Positions 1 to 13,499 of a stretch of 64,000 nucleotides of DNA are shown piece by piece; positions within the stretch are counted from its first letter, which is position 1; each line of letters starts with the position of its first letter. This stretch comes from Prorocentrum cordatum. Taxonomy: Eukaryota. The DNA lies in the NCBI GenBank assembly GCA_963575745.1, contig CAUYUJ010000079.1, positions 1-64,000 of the forward strand, in the 5' to 3' direction. A program made the translations under genes and the position numbers. Below the pieces are notes generated by a model. That model had not been told where the DNA came from and searched no databases. It saw only the letters and a program-made list of their open reading frames with translations.

Positions 1-116
1 GCTGGACCAAAAGGTTCTCTGCCTGGCAACCAGTGGCGCGCGATGTCCCGCAAGTGTCCCGCTGGTGTCCCGCTGGTGTCCCGCCGGTGTCCCGTCGTTG
101 TCCCGCGGTGTCCCGT

Positions 117-420
117 GGTGAGATCGACAGTGAGATCGATAGTGAGATCGATAGTGAGATCGATAATGAGACCGATAGTGAGATCGATAGTGAGATCTAT
201 AGTGAGAGATCGATAGTGCGATCTATAGTGAGATCGACCGTGATATCGATAGTGAGATCGATAGTGAGATCGATCGAGTGGGATCGATAGCGAGATCGAT
301 AGTGGAATCGATAGTGAGATGAATAGTGAGATCGAAAGCGAGATCGATAGTGAGATCGATAGCGAGATCGATAGTGGGATCGATAGTGGGATGGATAGTG
401 AGATCGACAGTGAGATCGAT
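117..420. repeat. 12-bp tandem repeat (GATAGTGAGATC)n
   Basis: About 25 slightly degenerate copies, read directly; preceded by short GGTGTCCCGC(T/C) repeats at ~45-115. Confidence 0.95.
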
Positions 421-2162
421 TGTGGACCGCTCGACACCAAGGCTCCCAGGAGCGAGCGGCAACGCAACGATCTCCACTGGCATCGTCAGGACAACAATCA
501 CCACTGTTGCCCATTGCTGGCCCCCTCCCCCCCAAACCTCCTTATCACCCGCAGGGTAGTCGTATAGGGAAGGAATCCAGGGTCTCGAGACCTGTGGAAC
601 TCCAAGCGAGGCTCGGCCATGGATATCACCACCACCCTCATCAGATAAGGAATCTTCCAGGGTCTGAAGCCTCCTGGGCGCATTCCTCAACCAAGGCCCC
701 CACCGTATTTTTTCATGACGCCGACCCCTCAGAGGTCTCGACCCACTCCCCGGGATCAGTTCCTCGTCCGGGGTCGCTTCTTGACGGCCCGGAGGCCCGG
801 CGAGGGCCACCAGAGGCCGGGAATAAGTAACACAATACCTGCCGTCGTGATCTGTTTCTACTGCCCGAGGGGGCCTGGGCTCTACGGTCCCCGAGTCGGC
901 GGCGAGCGAGGGGGGGGAAATGAGAAGGAGAAGGCCCTCCCAGAAGGTTCGGAGGTGCGCCGGCCTTCTGGGGAGTTCTCCGAGCCTCCCCCGAAGACGG
1001 AAAGAACTTCCTCCCAGGGGGGGGGGACAAAAAAGGGGGGGCGGGCGGGGCCTATGAGAAGTTCCCGCCCGCCTGCCCTCTGCTGAGAAGGCCTTCTCCT
1101 TCTCGGGTCTTCGCCGGGGGGACCTCCTTCTTGCCTCCTCCTCATCCTCATCCTCATACTCCCTCCTGCTCCTCAGCATCCTCCACCTCCTCCTCCTCCC
1201 GCTCCTCCTCCTGCCCTGCTCCTCCTCCCCCGCCTCGTCCTCGTCCTCCTCATCCTCCCTCCTCCTCCTACTCCTCTTCCTCGTGTTATTCTCCCTTCCT
1301 CCCTTCGTCCTCGTACCTCGTCCTCCTCCTCCTCCTCCTCCTCCTCCTCCTCCTCCTCCTCCTCCTCCTCCTCCTCCGCGTCCTCCTCCTCCTCCTCGTC
1401 CTCGTCCCCCCGTCGCTCGCCGCCAATCCTCCCTCCTCCTCCTTCTCATCCCTCGCTCGCCGCCGATCGAAGGCAGGGCCCGTTCTGCGCCGGCCGCCAG
1501 AAGCGGCGCGCGGGCATCTGGACGCCCCCTCGCGCCGCCAGCCTGGAGAGGGGGGCAGCTCTCCATGATCGCCTGGGCCGCGGCGCGCGGGGCGCGAGCG
1601 CCTTCGCGCCCCTGAGACGAAGCCAGGGGTGAGGATAAAACGAGAATCTCTGAGATCCGGCGGCTCTGGAGGAAGTGTCGGACTCCGCGGCCCTCTCAGA
1701 GCGTTCCGCAACGCTCTGCGAGCGTTCCAGAATGCTCTGGAACGGCTTTATCTTCGTCCCAGCCTGGTTCGAAGGGTCCTCTCCTCCACTCTGCCGCCTC
1801 TGATCGGGCGTTGGCAAGACTGGCTTTGGTGGGACCTGGTTTCGTGACGGGTACCGGGGGATGCCCCCGCCCCAAGCCACGAACCAGAACTGCCGTCACC
1901 CGAAGAAACACCAGCTACGGCAGACGTGGCCTCGTGATTCTGGCCAATTTGGGGGGCTTCGGGGCCCAATCAATACATAACCAGCTCCCTATCTGAGAAC
2001 GGAAGGGGTGGGACGGTCGGAGGGTGAAGTGGAGGAGGGCATGATGCGGCCTGAATGCTCATGACCTGCAGGACAGGCTCTTGGCTGTCTTGGGTAGGTT
2101 TCTGCGTCTGGTTTACGCAAAATCCTAAGCAATATGATCACCATGCCCTTTACTTCTGCTCC

Positions 2163-2335
2163 CTGTATCCTCGATGTCGTTCCACTCGAGACCTATGGAT
2201 ACAGCCAAGCGGTCACATGTGCACTCCTTGGCCCACTCCGCCAACTTGCCGAGCGCAGATGCTCCCACATAGTTCATCGAGAGGTCCAAATCCAAGACTC
2301 GCGCCGGCTCGCTGACAGCGGCCGCGATCAATACC
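2163..2335 (-). CDS. Putative exon of a leucine-rich-repeat (RI-like) protein gene; boundaries approximate
   Basis: Translation VLDLDLSMNYVGASALGKLAEW...IGLEWNDIED matches the LxLxxNxIxxxG LRR pattern twice. Confidence 0.55.
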
Positions 2336-3242
2336 TCCCGCTGTCACCAGAAAAATGCAGGAACGAACCCACCCCAGAGGGCATCCGACCATGAAAAGTG
2401 TTGCCCCTCCTCCTCCTCCTCCTCCTCCTCCTCCTCCTCCTCCTCCTCCTCCTCCTCCACCAAGTCCAATGGGTCAAGGCCCCTGGAGCGCACTGAGATT
2501 TGCCGCCTCACCACTCGCGGATCAGGCCAGCCGGAGTCGATGTAGAATCGGATCGATCGGAGCGAAATTTACCCTGGCACCTGGCTGCGCGAGGAAACGC
2601 AAAAGGTGGAGGCCAGCAGGAGGGCAGGCAGGAGGGCATGGGTGGGACGAGAGCATCTGGCAACAGGGGGGCGGGGGGGGGACGAGTTCTCAGGAACCAG
2701 ATGGATCCCTTCCAAGGAAGGAGATTCCAAGAATGATCCGAACGCATTCGCATGAATCCCCTCCGAGGGGACAGGATGACCCCTCAGCACTCTCAGGAGT
2801 CTGGACTCCTAGCCTCCAGCCCCCAGCAACTGCGGATGAGCGTGCGACGTCGGGCGGGCCGACCTGGGGTGGGTCGCAGGGTTGGGTCGCAGCTGGGCCG
2901 CGAAGTGGGTCGCGGGGCGGTCGCGGATGGGACGACGACGACCGCAGTTACCAGCCTGGAACATATCCCCATCCCTATGCTGGGCATCCCCTCATCACGA
3001 TGGCAATCTTAGGAATTCCCTTATTTTTTGAGGGCGGACCCCTAAGATTGTCATCGCCTTTTGGCGTGTCAATCTTAGGGATAGGGATAAGTTCGAGGCT
3101 GGTGAAGCAGCAATAAACAACAAACAGGGAACAACGAACAGCAACCGAGCAGAATGCGGGCCACGGAGCCCCACTTCACAGACGCGCATCCAGGGATGGT
3201 GCCAGGCCGCTCGGCCCCCTCACTCTGAGAAAGGCCAGTGGT

Positions 3243-3412
3243 TGGCGGCGCGCACAGGGGGGGTAGGGGGAGGGGGGAAGGCTTCTTAGAAGGAGGCTGC
3301 AACTTAGAAGGCGCCGGCCTTACATCTACAAAGAAGGCCCGCGCCTTCTAAGAAGCAGGGGCGTTTCTAAGAAGCCTTCCCCCCTCCACCTACCCCCTTG
3401 TGCGCGCCGCCA
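3243..3412. repeat. ~170-bp fold-back inverted repeat (MITE-like)
   Basis: Arms of ~78 bp (TGGCGGCGCGCACA...AAGGCTTCTTAGAA... versus its reverse complement ending TGTGCGCGCCGCCA) around a ~12-nt loop. Confidence 0.85.
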
Positions 3413-5091
3413 GAGTGGACTCACAGGATGCCTGGCGGACTGGGATGAGATGAGCACGAGAAGCTGGCGGGGATGGCGGGCAGGCTCGAGGGCCAGATGT
3501 GGGCCAACGAAAAAACCCGGCTCGGCGGCGCGCCCGGGGTTATGTTGCTCCCGTCGTACTCTAAGGACCACACCCCAGAAATGTATTCGAGCACCCAGAA
3601 CAGTGTCGAAAGAGTGTCGAAGGAGTGTCAAAAGAGCGTCGAACGAGTGTCTCCCAGGGCCCGACACGCGAAAACCATCGAGTTTCGATGTTTTTTTTTC
3701 TGGCGCTCGAAATTATTTCTGGTGATCCAGGCTAAAGTCGGTTGGAGCATCATAAGCCCAGGTTCCAAGAAGCCGCCTGAGTCTGCTCCGACACCGCAGG
3801 GGGCTTCTCAGGAGGCCGGAGGGCTTCTGAGAAGCCCCGCCCCCTTCTGAAGAGGCCTGGCTCCTCTCACCTCCCCTCTCGGCGCACCGCCGAGTGGCAG
3901 CGACGGAGGGCAAGTGCGAGGCCCACCCCATCAGTAGGGGCCACTCCGAGGGAAGGGAGAGCACGAGAGAGGCAGCCCTCAGCGCAGCCACTGCTTCAAA
4001 GCACATCAAGCAGCATCCCGTGCTTGGGCCCGCCACCCGAAAACTGAGACACGGATGCTGCTGTGACGGAACCAGGGCGGCCCCTCGCGTGCCGGGTTCG
4101 ACGGCGGAGCTCACGGGGCCAAGCGAGGGCAGCCGAACGAGCATCTTCAAGGATGCCCCACCTGGAGGGATCATGCGGCGCGTTGCCACTCAAAGGGTCC
4201 AGCGGCATGTCGGTGCGGCTAGGATGAGCTCCTGGGGTGGACGGGATCCCCTCTAGCAAAATGCCCTTGAGTGACAACTGCCAAGCACAATCCACGTGCG
4301 CGCGGCACCGCATTCCGAGTAGATCCGGGCGGGGTAGCTAATCGACGTCCAAAACAAGTGAATGCATATGCCGAAACGCACGTCGATTAGCGAAACCGAC
4401 TGGGTACTGCACCTGTACACTCGAATATCGATGTCGAGTGAACCATTTCAGATTCCTCAGTAGGCTTGTCTGGGAGGGCGTTCTCTCATTGCCCGAGGCG
4501 TCTGGGATCAACGAGGGTGAGGATCCCACGCAAACACCTTCAGCACACTCGAGCGCTGCACCCCTGCGACTCTGCGCAAGTCGGCGCGGCACCGCGCCAC
4601 CCCTCTTCCTTCCGCAACCTTCTTGGAGGTCTCGTCGAACAGCCCTGACTCTACTCGTCTCTTTGACGCCGTAATCTTTTCTGGACGTTGCTGGCCCTCG
4701 GCCCTGGGGTGATGAGCAAAGGCCCTGGGGCGATGAGCAAGGCGATGAACAACTGGTAACACTGGAATTGGACTTCGGCACTTGTAACGCGTGTTCCCTG
4801 TATAGGCCTGCCATGCAATCTGCGATCAGTTTCCCAAACTTGGGAGGCAAAGTCCAGCTCCTGGTTAATTCAGACGATGTGTGTCTGGGGGGCTGGCAAC
4901 GGCCGAACCCGAGGTCACAACTTCACGCGCCTCTGAGCATTCGCATCTCGATCCCCTCCGAGCCCTCCGCAGCACTCCAGCAGCCATGCCGTGGTCCTGG
5001 GAGCTCTTGAACAACAGTGCAGTGACAACGCACGCCGTCCGAACAGCGAGAAACCGTCTGGTGGCCTCTTCTTTCGCAACCCCCCCGCCCA

Positions 5092-5160
5092 CGCGACCTC
5101 GGCGCCCTCCGAGCCGAGCGTGTTGCCGCTCAGCCCGAGCCTCTGCAGCGTCCGCGGGGG
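5092..5160 (-). CDS. Putative LRR exon fragment
   Basis: Minus-strand translation PRTLQRLGLSGNTLGSEGAEV is a canonical RI-like LRR unit. Confidence 0.55.
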
Positions 5161-6219
5161 CGCCTCCGGCTCATCGCCTCTTGGCCCCGTCAGGAGCGAA
5201 GCCTGGCGGGCACAAGCACGGCCCGCAGCGCGCGCGGCAGGATCTTGGGAGAGGACGCGGAAAGAGAGAGAGAGAGGGAAAGATAGAGAGGAAGAGAGAG
5301 AGGACGTGGAAGCAAGGACGAGGCAAGGCGCGGGGGGCAGTTCCCCGCAAAAGCTCTGACGGACACCGGCCGAAGGGACAGAAGAGCAACAGCACAGTCT
5401 TCAGTGGTAGCCGGCCGGCTGGGAACCTGCGCCTCACAGCTCTACGAAGATGAGGAGGGAGAGGAGGGAGGAAAGAGAGCGGTGGCAACCAGTGCGGTGG
5501 GGGTGACGCGGCTGGGACGGCGCAGGGCAGAGCTGGCTTCGAGAGCGGCGGGCAACGCATTCCCCAACTACCTTGGCACTTCCCTTCTTTCCTGCGAGCT
5601 CGTGCGAAAAAACACTCGAGGCAGCATACTGTCGAGGCGTTGACCTAAGGAACCCTAAATAAGGAACGAGGCCCTGTTTTTCATAAGTTCAACTTCGACT
5701 CCCCATCGAAAACCTAAGGAACACCTCAGGCAGGGTGTGGAATACTTAAAAAAACACCGAGCTCCTCCACAACGAAAAGGGTTCCTTCTTCAGCGCCCCG
5801 ACTGTAGCAAAGCATCACTTTGTGAGCTTGTGAGCCGGAAGACGTGATGCGGACGAGCAGGACAGCGATGTGTCCGAGGGGCCGGCCCCCCCGAGGACTG
5901 CTGGCCCCGGCTCTGGCCTGCCCCCCCCCCTTGCGCTTGCGCCCTCTCCTCCCCCTTCCTTCCGCCTCTCGCCCTTCGCTTCCCTCCTCTTGTCCCTTTT
6001 TGCATCCCTCGCCCTCTCCTCGCCTCCCGTTCCCGTCCCCCTCGTCCCTTCCACCGCCTTTCTCTCTTTCCCTGCCCCCTCTCCTCCCCTCTCCTCCCAC
6101 GCCGACCGCCTCCCACGCCCCTCTCGTCCCCACCCCATCATCCCCTCCCCCCCCTCCCTCCCACTTCTTCCTTCCCCTCCCACGCCCCTCCCCCTTCCCA
6201 TCTCCCCACCTCCCCCTCC

Positions 6220-7050
6220 ACAATGCCACAGTCTGAAGACTACTTCCCTCTCTCCCCTGACTCGGCCCGTAAGATGTTCGGCTCTCTCCGAACACTGCTC
6301 TTCTCACACTGGATTTCAAGCACTGGTTGTTCTTATGGTAGTTTACAACCCGGCTGTTTTCGGTGTTTCAAGAGGGTACTCCCGCTGCAGCGTGGGCCTC
6401 ATCTTTCGAATCGGTGTTTTGCTCCCGTCGTTCAGAAAGACTTTTCTAGATCCGAGTCCTTGTTCATCTTTGTCACCCCCGTCAAGTCCCCTGATTTGCC
6501 TTCCCCGTGTCCTCCTGCTCCTCCCGATCCTTCCACTCCAGCTCCTGCTGCTGCTGTTCGCATCTTCCTCCTGCTCATCCTCCTGCTCAGCCGCCACCAC
6601 CAGCACCTCGTCCTCCTCCTCCTCCTCCTCCTCCTCCTCCTCCTCCTCCAATGAAGCCGCAAAAAGGTCCAAACAACACGCCAACATTGGAGACATTATC
6701 ATTAGATGCGCGTTTTTTTCGAACGATTGGGACTCACAACGATACAGGAGAAATGATTATTCCCCTGCGGCGGCCACTGCTGATGATCAGGGGGGATGAG
6801 GATCCCTGATGGTGAGGATGATGATGGGATGGACGAGGAGGCGAAGGTCGACTTTTATTGCCAACCGAGGGCTGTAGGGGGGGATCCCCCACAGCAGTAA
6901 AAACCGTTCCCGAATACATAGCTCCCTTTTTCCGATTGTGAATAACACGATGGAGTTTTCTTCAGAGTTCTAGGTCCACTATGACACGGCTCGGAGGCGG
7001 ATTAAAAAACAGCGCGATGGGACGGATATGGCGTGACTTCACCTAGCTTC
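6220..7050. mobile_element. Non-autonomous dispersed element, family A (divergent copy)
   Basis: Shares the TAC..CCTCT..CCCCTGA left end, the internal CTCCCGCTGCAGCGTGGGCCTCAT motif and the CACCTAGCTT right end with the other copies. Confidence 0.5.
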
Positions 7051-7087
7051 CCCTCCTCTCCTCTTTCCCCCCGCCATCCCCCGCTTC

Positions 7088-7984
7088 ACAATTAAACAAT
7101 CCGGATACTACTCTCCTCTCCCCTGATGACGTCCGGAAAATGTATGGCCCCCCTCCACGTACTGTTTTTTACACAAGATTCCCGGGAATTGGGTTTTCGT
7201 TTTCTTTTTTGCTCCCGCTGAAGCGCTGGCCTCATTTTCGGGCTTCCTCTCGTTCCGAATCGTGCTCCCGCTGCAGCGCTGGCCTCATTTCCGCGCTTCC
7301 GCTCGTTCCAGCCCGTGTTCCCGCTGCAACAGTGGCCTCATTCTGCCCTTCTTTCCGAATCGTGCTCCCGCTCCAGCGTTGGCGTCATTATTTCCTGTGC
7401 CATGCCACGGCGTGCAATGCAATGCGATGTGTTCCGCTGTGCGATGCCATGCCCCAGAATCAAAACAATTGCCCCCCGAAAGAACCATCGGAAGGGAATA
7501 CACATTCGGTGTCGATTTGTTGATTTTTGGAGCCGCAAAAGCACCGTTTTCGTTTCTACTTTGAGAAGGCGATGTTGGAAGCAAAACCAGCGGGTGCTCT
7601 CCATCAACCCTGCCTTGTCTGGAGCTTTTCAGGGAGCCCAAGGAGCAAAAACATGGAACCACGACCCCAGACCGGCCCACACCTCCCGAAGACGATCCAC
7701 GTACCCTCCAAGGAACCCGGCGCCATGCTATGACATGCTGCGCGGTGTTGTGTTATGTGTCGCTGTGCGATACCATTCTTTGCGTTGCAATGCTGTGTGA
7801 TGGAGTTCGTCACTTCGCAACACCACGCTAGGCTATGGCATGTTACTCTTTGCCGTGTTCTTCTACGCCCTGCTCTGCCGTGCTCCGACATCCAACGGTG
7901 CGAATAGAAAGGAAACCTACGCCTTGGTAAGGCATGGGAGGGAGGGTTAGGACGTCAGATATGACGCGATCGCACCTAGTTTGT
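7088..7984. mobile_element. Non-autonomous dispersed element, family A
   Basis: Left end ACA...TACTCTCCTCTCCCCTGATGACGTCCGG; right end GGTAAGGCATGGGAGGGAGGG...CGCACCTAGTTTGT; 7540-7880 is homologous to 22225-22560. Confidence 0.75.
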
Positions 7985-8641
7985 CCCCCCCCCTCCTTCG
8001 CCCTAGTATTGCAAAAAGGCTCCGAAACGCTGCTCCTCAGATCTGTCCCTGGCGCATTATGACCAGACCTTCGAGGGGAACTCGGCCGTGGTGACGAGTT
8101 CCCTCCAAGAAGAGCAGGAGCATCAACACCTCTTCCTTTTCAGACTCCCCACCCACACTTTCCCCGAACCTCTCCTAATAATGTGAACTTGTGATAAACA
8201 AATCCGTGGGGTGGGCACATTTAAACAAAAAGTTTCCGCGTTCGCGCGAATCGCGGGGGTGGCGCCTGCCAAATTGAAGCACAACGGCGGCGGCGCCGGT
8301 GACTAGCGCCGACGCCCGGCCGCCGGCGAGAAGGCGGGCAGTCCTCCTCCCCCCGTCTGTAGTGGTCTGTCTGCAGTCGTCGACGACGACGACGACGTCG
8401 ACGAGCGGGCCCGGTGTAGTCGTCGACGACGACGACGAGGACGAGGACGAGGAGGACGAGACGAGGACGAGGACGAGGAGACGGACGGCGGACGGCGACG
8501 GCGACGACGACGACGCACTGCGAATGCCCTACGGGGAGGGGGGGGGGCTGCGCAGGCCTGCTGCAGTCGACGGTGACGACGACGCCGACGACGACCTGTG
8601 GATGCCGCATGAGGTGGGGGGGCTGCGTAGGCCAGCTGTAG

Positions 8642-8693
<52 letters not shown>

Positions 8694-9167
8694 CTGAGAG
8701 GGGGAAAATAATTCGCCTCGGATGTATACGACCCCTATAACAACTTCTATACGACAGGGATTCGCTTTGAGGCTGTCATGCAGGAGGGTCCACGATCCCC
8801 TCGGCGGTGCCCGCGACAACCCCCTGGCGCGCGCGATGAAAAAATGTTTCGCGCCCCGCGGGGTCTATTCATCGGCGCGGGGGGGGGGCTCATTTGTGAA
8901 CCACAAGCTGACATTCAGGCTATGGGTTGAGCACAGTCAACGCCCCAGCTGGTCTCAACAGGCCCCCGGAGTGGTCCAGGGCGGTCGACACCCTGGCGCC
9001 GCATCCGGCGGCGCCCCCCATCAGGCGGCGCCCCCCTGGGGTGCTCCGCGCCCCAGAGGGCTGGGGTGCTGAGACCGCCCGGGACTACTCGGGGGGTCTT
9101 GCGAGGCCAGCTGGGACTACTCTGGGCCGCCTGTGGAGTCCAGCCGAGAGACGAGCGTTAGGTCTGG

Positions 9168-9307
9168 CCTGTCCTCCTACAGGGGGATTTTGGACGAAAA
9201 ATAAAAAATAGTAAAAACATACCCCAAAGTTGCCAAACAAAAATCAAAAAATAGCCCCCAGACTATTATTTGACTATTTCTGAACGTTCCCCCTGTAGAG
9301 GGACAGG
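9168..9307. mobile_element. ~140-bp MITE-like element
   Basis: Inverted termini CCTGTCCTCCTACAGGGGGA / TCCCCCTGTAGAGGGACAGG enclose an AT-rich core; a related terminus occurs at ~35997. Confidence 0.6.
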
Positions 9308-9642
9308 CTCGACTTAAGACGAGCGCCTGGGGGGACCGTCTGTGCGCCACCCGAAGCCTTACGTGCCAGCCGTCCTCGCCCCGCTCGCCCTCGCCTCGGC
9401 TACACGCAAGAGCGACCCTGGGTAAGAGTGACCTTTGGTGCGCGGCTAAGCGGGGGCCGCCTGGGGGCCAAACACAGGCGCGCAAGCCGGCGCCATCGCC
9501 TCGCACTCGGCGAATTTCGGCGATTGGGGGGCCCTATTGGGCCCGCACTAAAAGTCCTCCTCCTCCTCCTCCTCCTCCTCCTCCTCCTCCTCCTCCTCCT
9601 CATCCTCCCCCCCCTCCTCCTCCTCCTCGTCGTCCTCACGGG

Positions 9643-9735
9643 GCCGCGGGCGTGCCAGCGACGGCCCGCACGCCGAGGAGAGCTCGTTCCAGCCGAGCTC
9701 GAGGGCCCTCAGGCGCGGCAGCGCTCCTTTCGGGG
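9643..9735 (-). CDS. Putative LRR exon fragment
   Basis: GALPRLRALELGWNELSSACGPSLAR, embedded between (CCT)n/(GGA)n tracts. Confidence 0.55.
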
Positions 9736-10768
9736 CGCGCCGCCCCCCCCCACACCCCCCACACCACCCCCTCGGGTGGAGGGGAGGGGAAGGCAGGAGG
9801 GGCGGGGGAGGGGAGGGGGAGGAGGAGGAGGAGGCGGAGGAGGAGGAGGAGGAGGAGGAGGAGGAGGAGGAGGAGGAGGAGCGAGGGAGGAGGAGGAGGA
9901 GAGAGGAGGAGGAGGAGGAGGAGGAGGAGGTGGAGGAGGAGGAGGAGCGAGGAGGAGGAGGAGGAGGAGGAGGAGGAGGAGGAGGAGGAGGAGAGGAGCG
10001 AGGAGGAGGAGGAGTGAGGAGGGGAGGAGGAGGAGGGGGAGGAGGAGGGAGGAGGAGGAGGAGGAGGAGGAGGAGGAGGCGGAGGAGAGGAGAATGGTGG
10101 AGTGAGGAGGAGGAGGAGGAGGAGGAGGAGGAGGAGGAGGAGGAGGAGGAGGAGGAGGAGGAGGGAGAGTGAGGAGGAGGAGGAGGAGGATGGAGGAACA
10201 CGGAGATCCAGGCGTTGCATTTTTGCACGCCGGGCGTTTTCGCCAGGTCTCGGGCCGTGGGGACATCACCGATCGATCCGACTCGAAAAATGCCGCAGGA
10301 AGATGGGATCTATAGGGCTCCGATCATGATTTGTCCCGGTGTTTCGCGTCGTCGGATCTCAGGGAAGGAGGAGGAAAGAGGAGGGAAGGAGGGAGGAGGG
10401 AGGGAAAGATGGAGGATGAGGAGGGGGATGGACGACAGGAGGGAGGGAGGGAAGGGAGGAGGGGGGGGAGGGAAGGGAGGAGGGAGGGAGGCAGGGAGGA
10501 TGGAGGGAGGGAAGGAGGGAGGAGGAGGAGAGAGAAGGACGCAGGAAGGGGAACGACACGACAAGGAGGGAAGCAGTGGAGGGAAAGGGCAACGAGGGGG
10601 GAAGGGGGGAGGGAGGAGGAATGGTAGATGAATGAGGAAACGGAGGAAGAGGGTGAAGGAGGAGTAAGGAGGAGGGAGCAGGATGGCGGTGGAGGAAGCA
10701 GGTTGAAGGAGGGAACAGGGGATGATGATGGTGATGGGGAGGAGGAGGAGGAGGAGGAGGAGGAGGAG

Positions 10769-10803
<35 letters not shown>

Positions 10804-11670
10804 GGAGGAGGAGGACGAAGGATGAGCACCGAGGAGGAAGGAAGATGGATGCGGAATACGGAGGAAGCAGGAGGAAAGATGAACAGGATTTTTCTAGGGG
10901 GGCTCGCGCCCGAAGCCTCCAGAGACACCTCCTGGGGACATCCGATGGCCTCCAGGAACTCACCCTATCTCCCAGGGGCATCCGGAGGCTTCCAAGAACC
11001 TTACCTCAAGCTTTGTCCACTACGCGTGGAGGTTGGGATCTGGGTGTTAAAGGTCGCACCACGGACCCGTCCTGGGGCGTGATCTGGCCAAAACTTGAAT
11101 TTGGACGCCCGAAATAGATACGGAAGAACTCGGTACGATGCCCAACAATAAATGTTGTCCAAAACCGACAGCGGCCGCTGTTGGACAAGCGGCCCTCTTT
11201 CTCAAATGGACAACGTCCGTGTCGACACCGACAGCGGGTCATGTTCAACATGAGCAGGACATGCTGCCAGTCTTTGTGCCCACTCTTTCCGTACCCACCT
11301 CGGTCGCCCTGATTTGAGGCGGGCCCGGCTGCTGTGGCGAGCAGCCCCCGGTGGCGCAAGAAGGGCGACAAGAAGTCCGACAACCTCCAAGTTCGGCCCC
11401 TCCCCAGAACTATGACGCCGTGGCTTTGTTCGCAGGGTGCGCGCCCCTCGAGGTCTGGATCCCTTCCCTCGAGCCGGCTTGTCATCTCGAATCGTTTCTT
11501 GCCCAATAAGGGCCCCAGGAGGCCGACAACTGAAAAGAAGCATCAGCCGAGAGGAGAAGGAGGAGGAGGACGACGAGGAGGAGGAGGAGGAGGAGGGAAA
11601 GGAGGAGGAGGAGGAGGAGGAGGAGAAGGATGAAAAGGAGAAGGAGGAGGAGGAGGAGGAGAAGGAGGAG

Positions 11671-12831
11671 GCGACACCGTCCGTCTTGAGTGCTTTCGCA
11701 GCGAAGGGAAGTGGCGGTCGTCCCAGCAGCCAGGCGCAGCCCATGGGGGTCACCACTACGTCGGGGGAACCCCGCAGACGCCCGAAAGCCGTCCCACACC
11801 TTCTTCGATACTCGATCATCCCCCCCTCCTCCTCCTCCTCATCCTCCTCTTCCTCCTCCTCCTCCTCCTCCTCCGCCTCCTCCTCCTCCTCCTCCTCCTC
11901 CTCCTCCTCCTCCTCCTTCTTCTCAATCCTAGATTCCAAGGGCAGCTGGTGCCCCCAGCCTATAGCGGTGACTCCCTTGGCACTGACCGACCAGCACATG
12001 CCCCCCGCCCCTCCTGGGAAGGGGCGGCGTGGCGGGGCTCTTTGGACCCCCCCCCCAGGCTCCAGCGGCCAGCGCCGCGCACATCTCCCTGGAGGGTGGA
12101 GGGGCGACGACAGGAGGAGGCGAGGATGGGAGCAGGAGGAAGAGGAGGAGGAGGAGGAGGAGGAGGAGGAGGAGGAGGTGGAGTGAGGAGGGGGGAGGAA
12201 GGAGGAGGAGGAGGAGGAGGAGGAGGGAGGGAGGGGAGGATGAGGAGGAGAGGAGGAGGAGGGACGGAAAGAAGGATTGGATAAGGAAACAAGGATGAAA
12301 AGGAGAAGGAGGAGGAGGAGGAGGAGGCGACACCGTCCGTCTTGAGTGTTTTCGCAGTGAAAGGACGTGGCGGTCGTCCCAGCAGCCAGGCACAACCCAT
12401 GGGGGTCACCACTGCGTCGGGAGAACCCCGCAGAGTCTCCCAAGACACCCCAAAGACGCCCGAAAGCCGTCCCAAGCCTTCTTCGATACCGATCATGCCC
12501 CCCTCCTCCTCCTCCTCCTCCTCCTCCTCCTCCTCCTCCTCCTCCTCCTCCTCCCCTCCTCCTCCCCTCCTCCTCCTCCTCCTCCTCCTCCTCCTCCTCC
12601 TCCTCCTCCTCCTCCTCCTCCTCCTCCTCCTCCTCATTCTCGATCCAAGATTCCAAGAGCACCTGGTGCCCCCGGCCTATAGCGGTGACTCCCTTGGCAC
12701 TGACCGACCAGCACGTGCCGCCCGCCCCTTCTGGGAAGGGGCGGCGTCGGCGTGGCGGGGCTCTTTGGACCCCCCCCCAGGCTCCAGCGGCCAGCGCCGC
12801 GCACATCTCCCTGGAGGGTCGAGGGGCGACG
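11671..12831. repeat. Direct duplication of ~450-500 bp (11671-12110 and 12327-12831)
   Basis: Both copies start GCGACACCGTCCGTCTTGAGTG, contain an internal (CCT)n tract and end CTGGAGGGT..AGGGGCGACG. Confidence 0.9.
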
Positions 12832-13499
12832 CCAGGACGAGGCGAGGAGGACGAGAAGGAGGAGAAGGAGGAGGAAGAGGAGGAGGAGGAGGAGGAGGGG
12901 GGGGGGAGGAGGCGGAGGGGGAGGAGGAGGAGGAGGAGGAGGAGGAGGAGGAGGGGGTGGAGGAGAAGGAAAAGGAGGAGGAAAAGGAGGAGAAGGAGGC
13001 ACGTGGCGACTTGTGCCTGAGGTGTTCCCTCGCATCCGGGGCTTCCTCACGATTTTGCGTCCTAGCGCGTCCAGCTCCACGTGGCGACTGTTGCCTGAGG
13101 TGTTCCCACGCTTTCGGGGCTTCCTCCGGTCTTTGCGTCCTAACGCCAGGGTCGTAATGTCGGCATTCACCGGTGTCGGCCTGCTGGTGTGGTTGGTGCT
13201 GGGGTCTCTGGTCGTGTTTGCGTTGGTCGCGTCGTTGTTGTGCGGGGCCGTCGTCTTGGTAGTGTTGGCGGTGTTCGTGGTGGTCGTTGCTGCCGTTCTT
13301 TGCTGGTATCGGCAGTGGGTGCGTGTTGGGAGATCGTAGACATGTAGTGTGATGATGATTGTGCTCGTTGTCGTCCTCATGGAACTGCGCGGTGGATTCC
13401 TGGAAGGAAGGCTTGTCAACTCGGAAAGGCTGTATTGCGGCAGTGTGCAAAGTTGATCGTGGAGGGTTGGCTGGTACTCGAGCTGTAGTCCCCTGGGAA

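Noticed and set aside
9400..13000. Many poly-P/E/G/R/S/L ORFs here and throughout the window
   Set aside because: Translations of (GGA/CCT)n tracts with no complex sequence.
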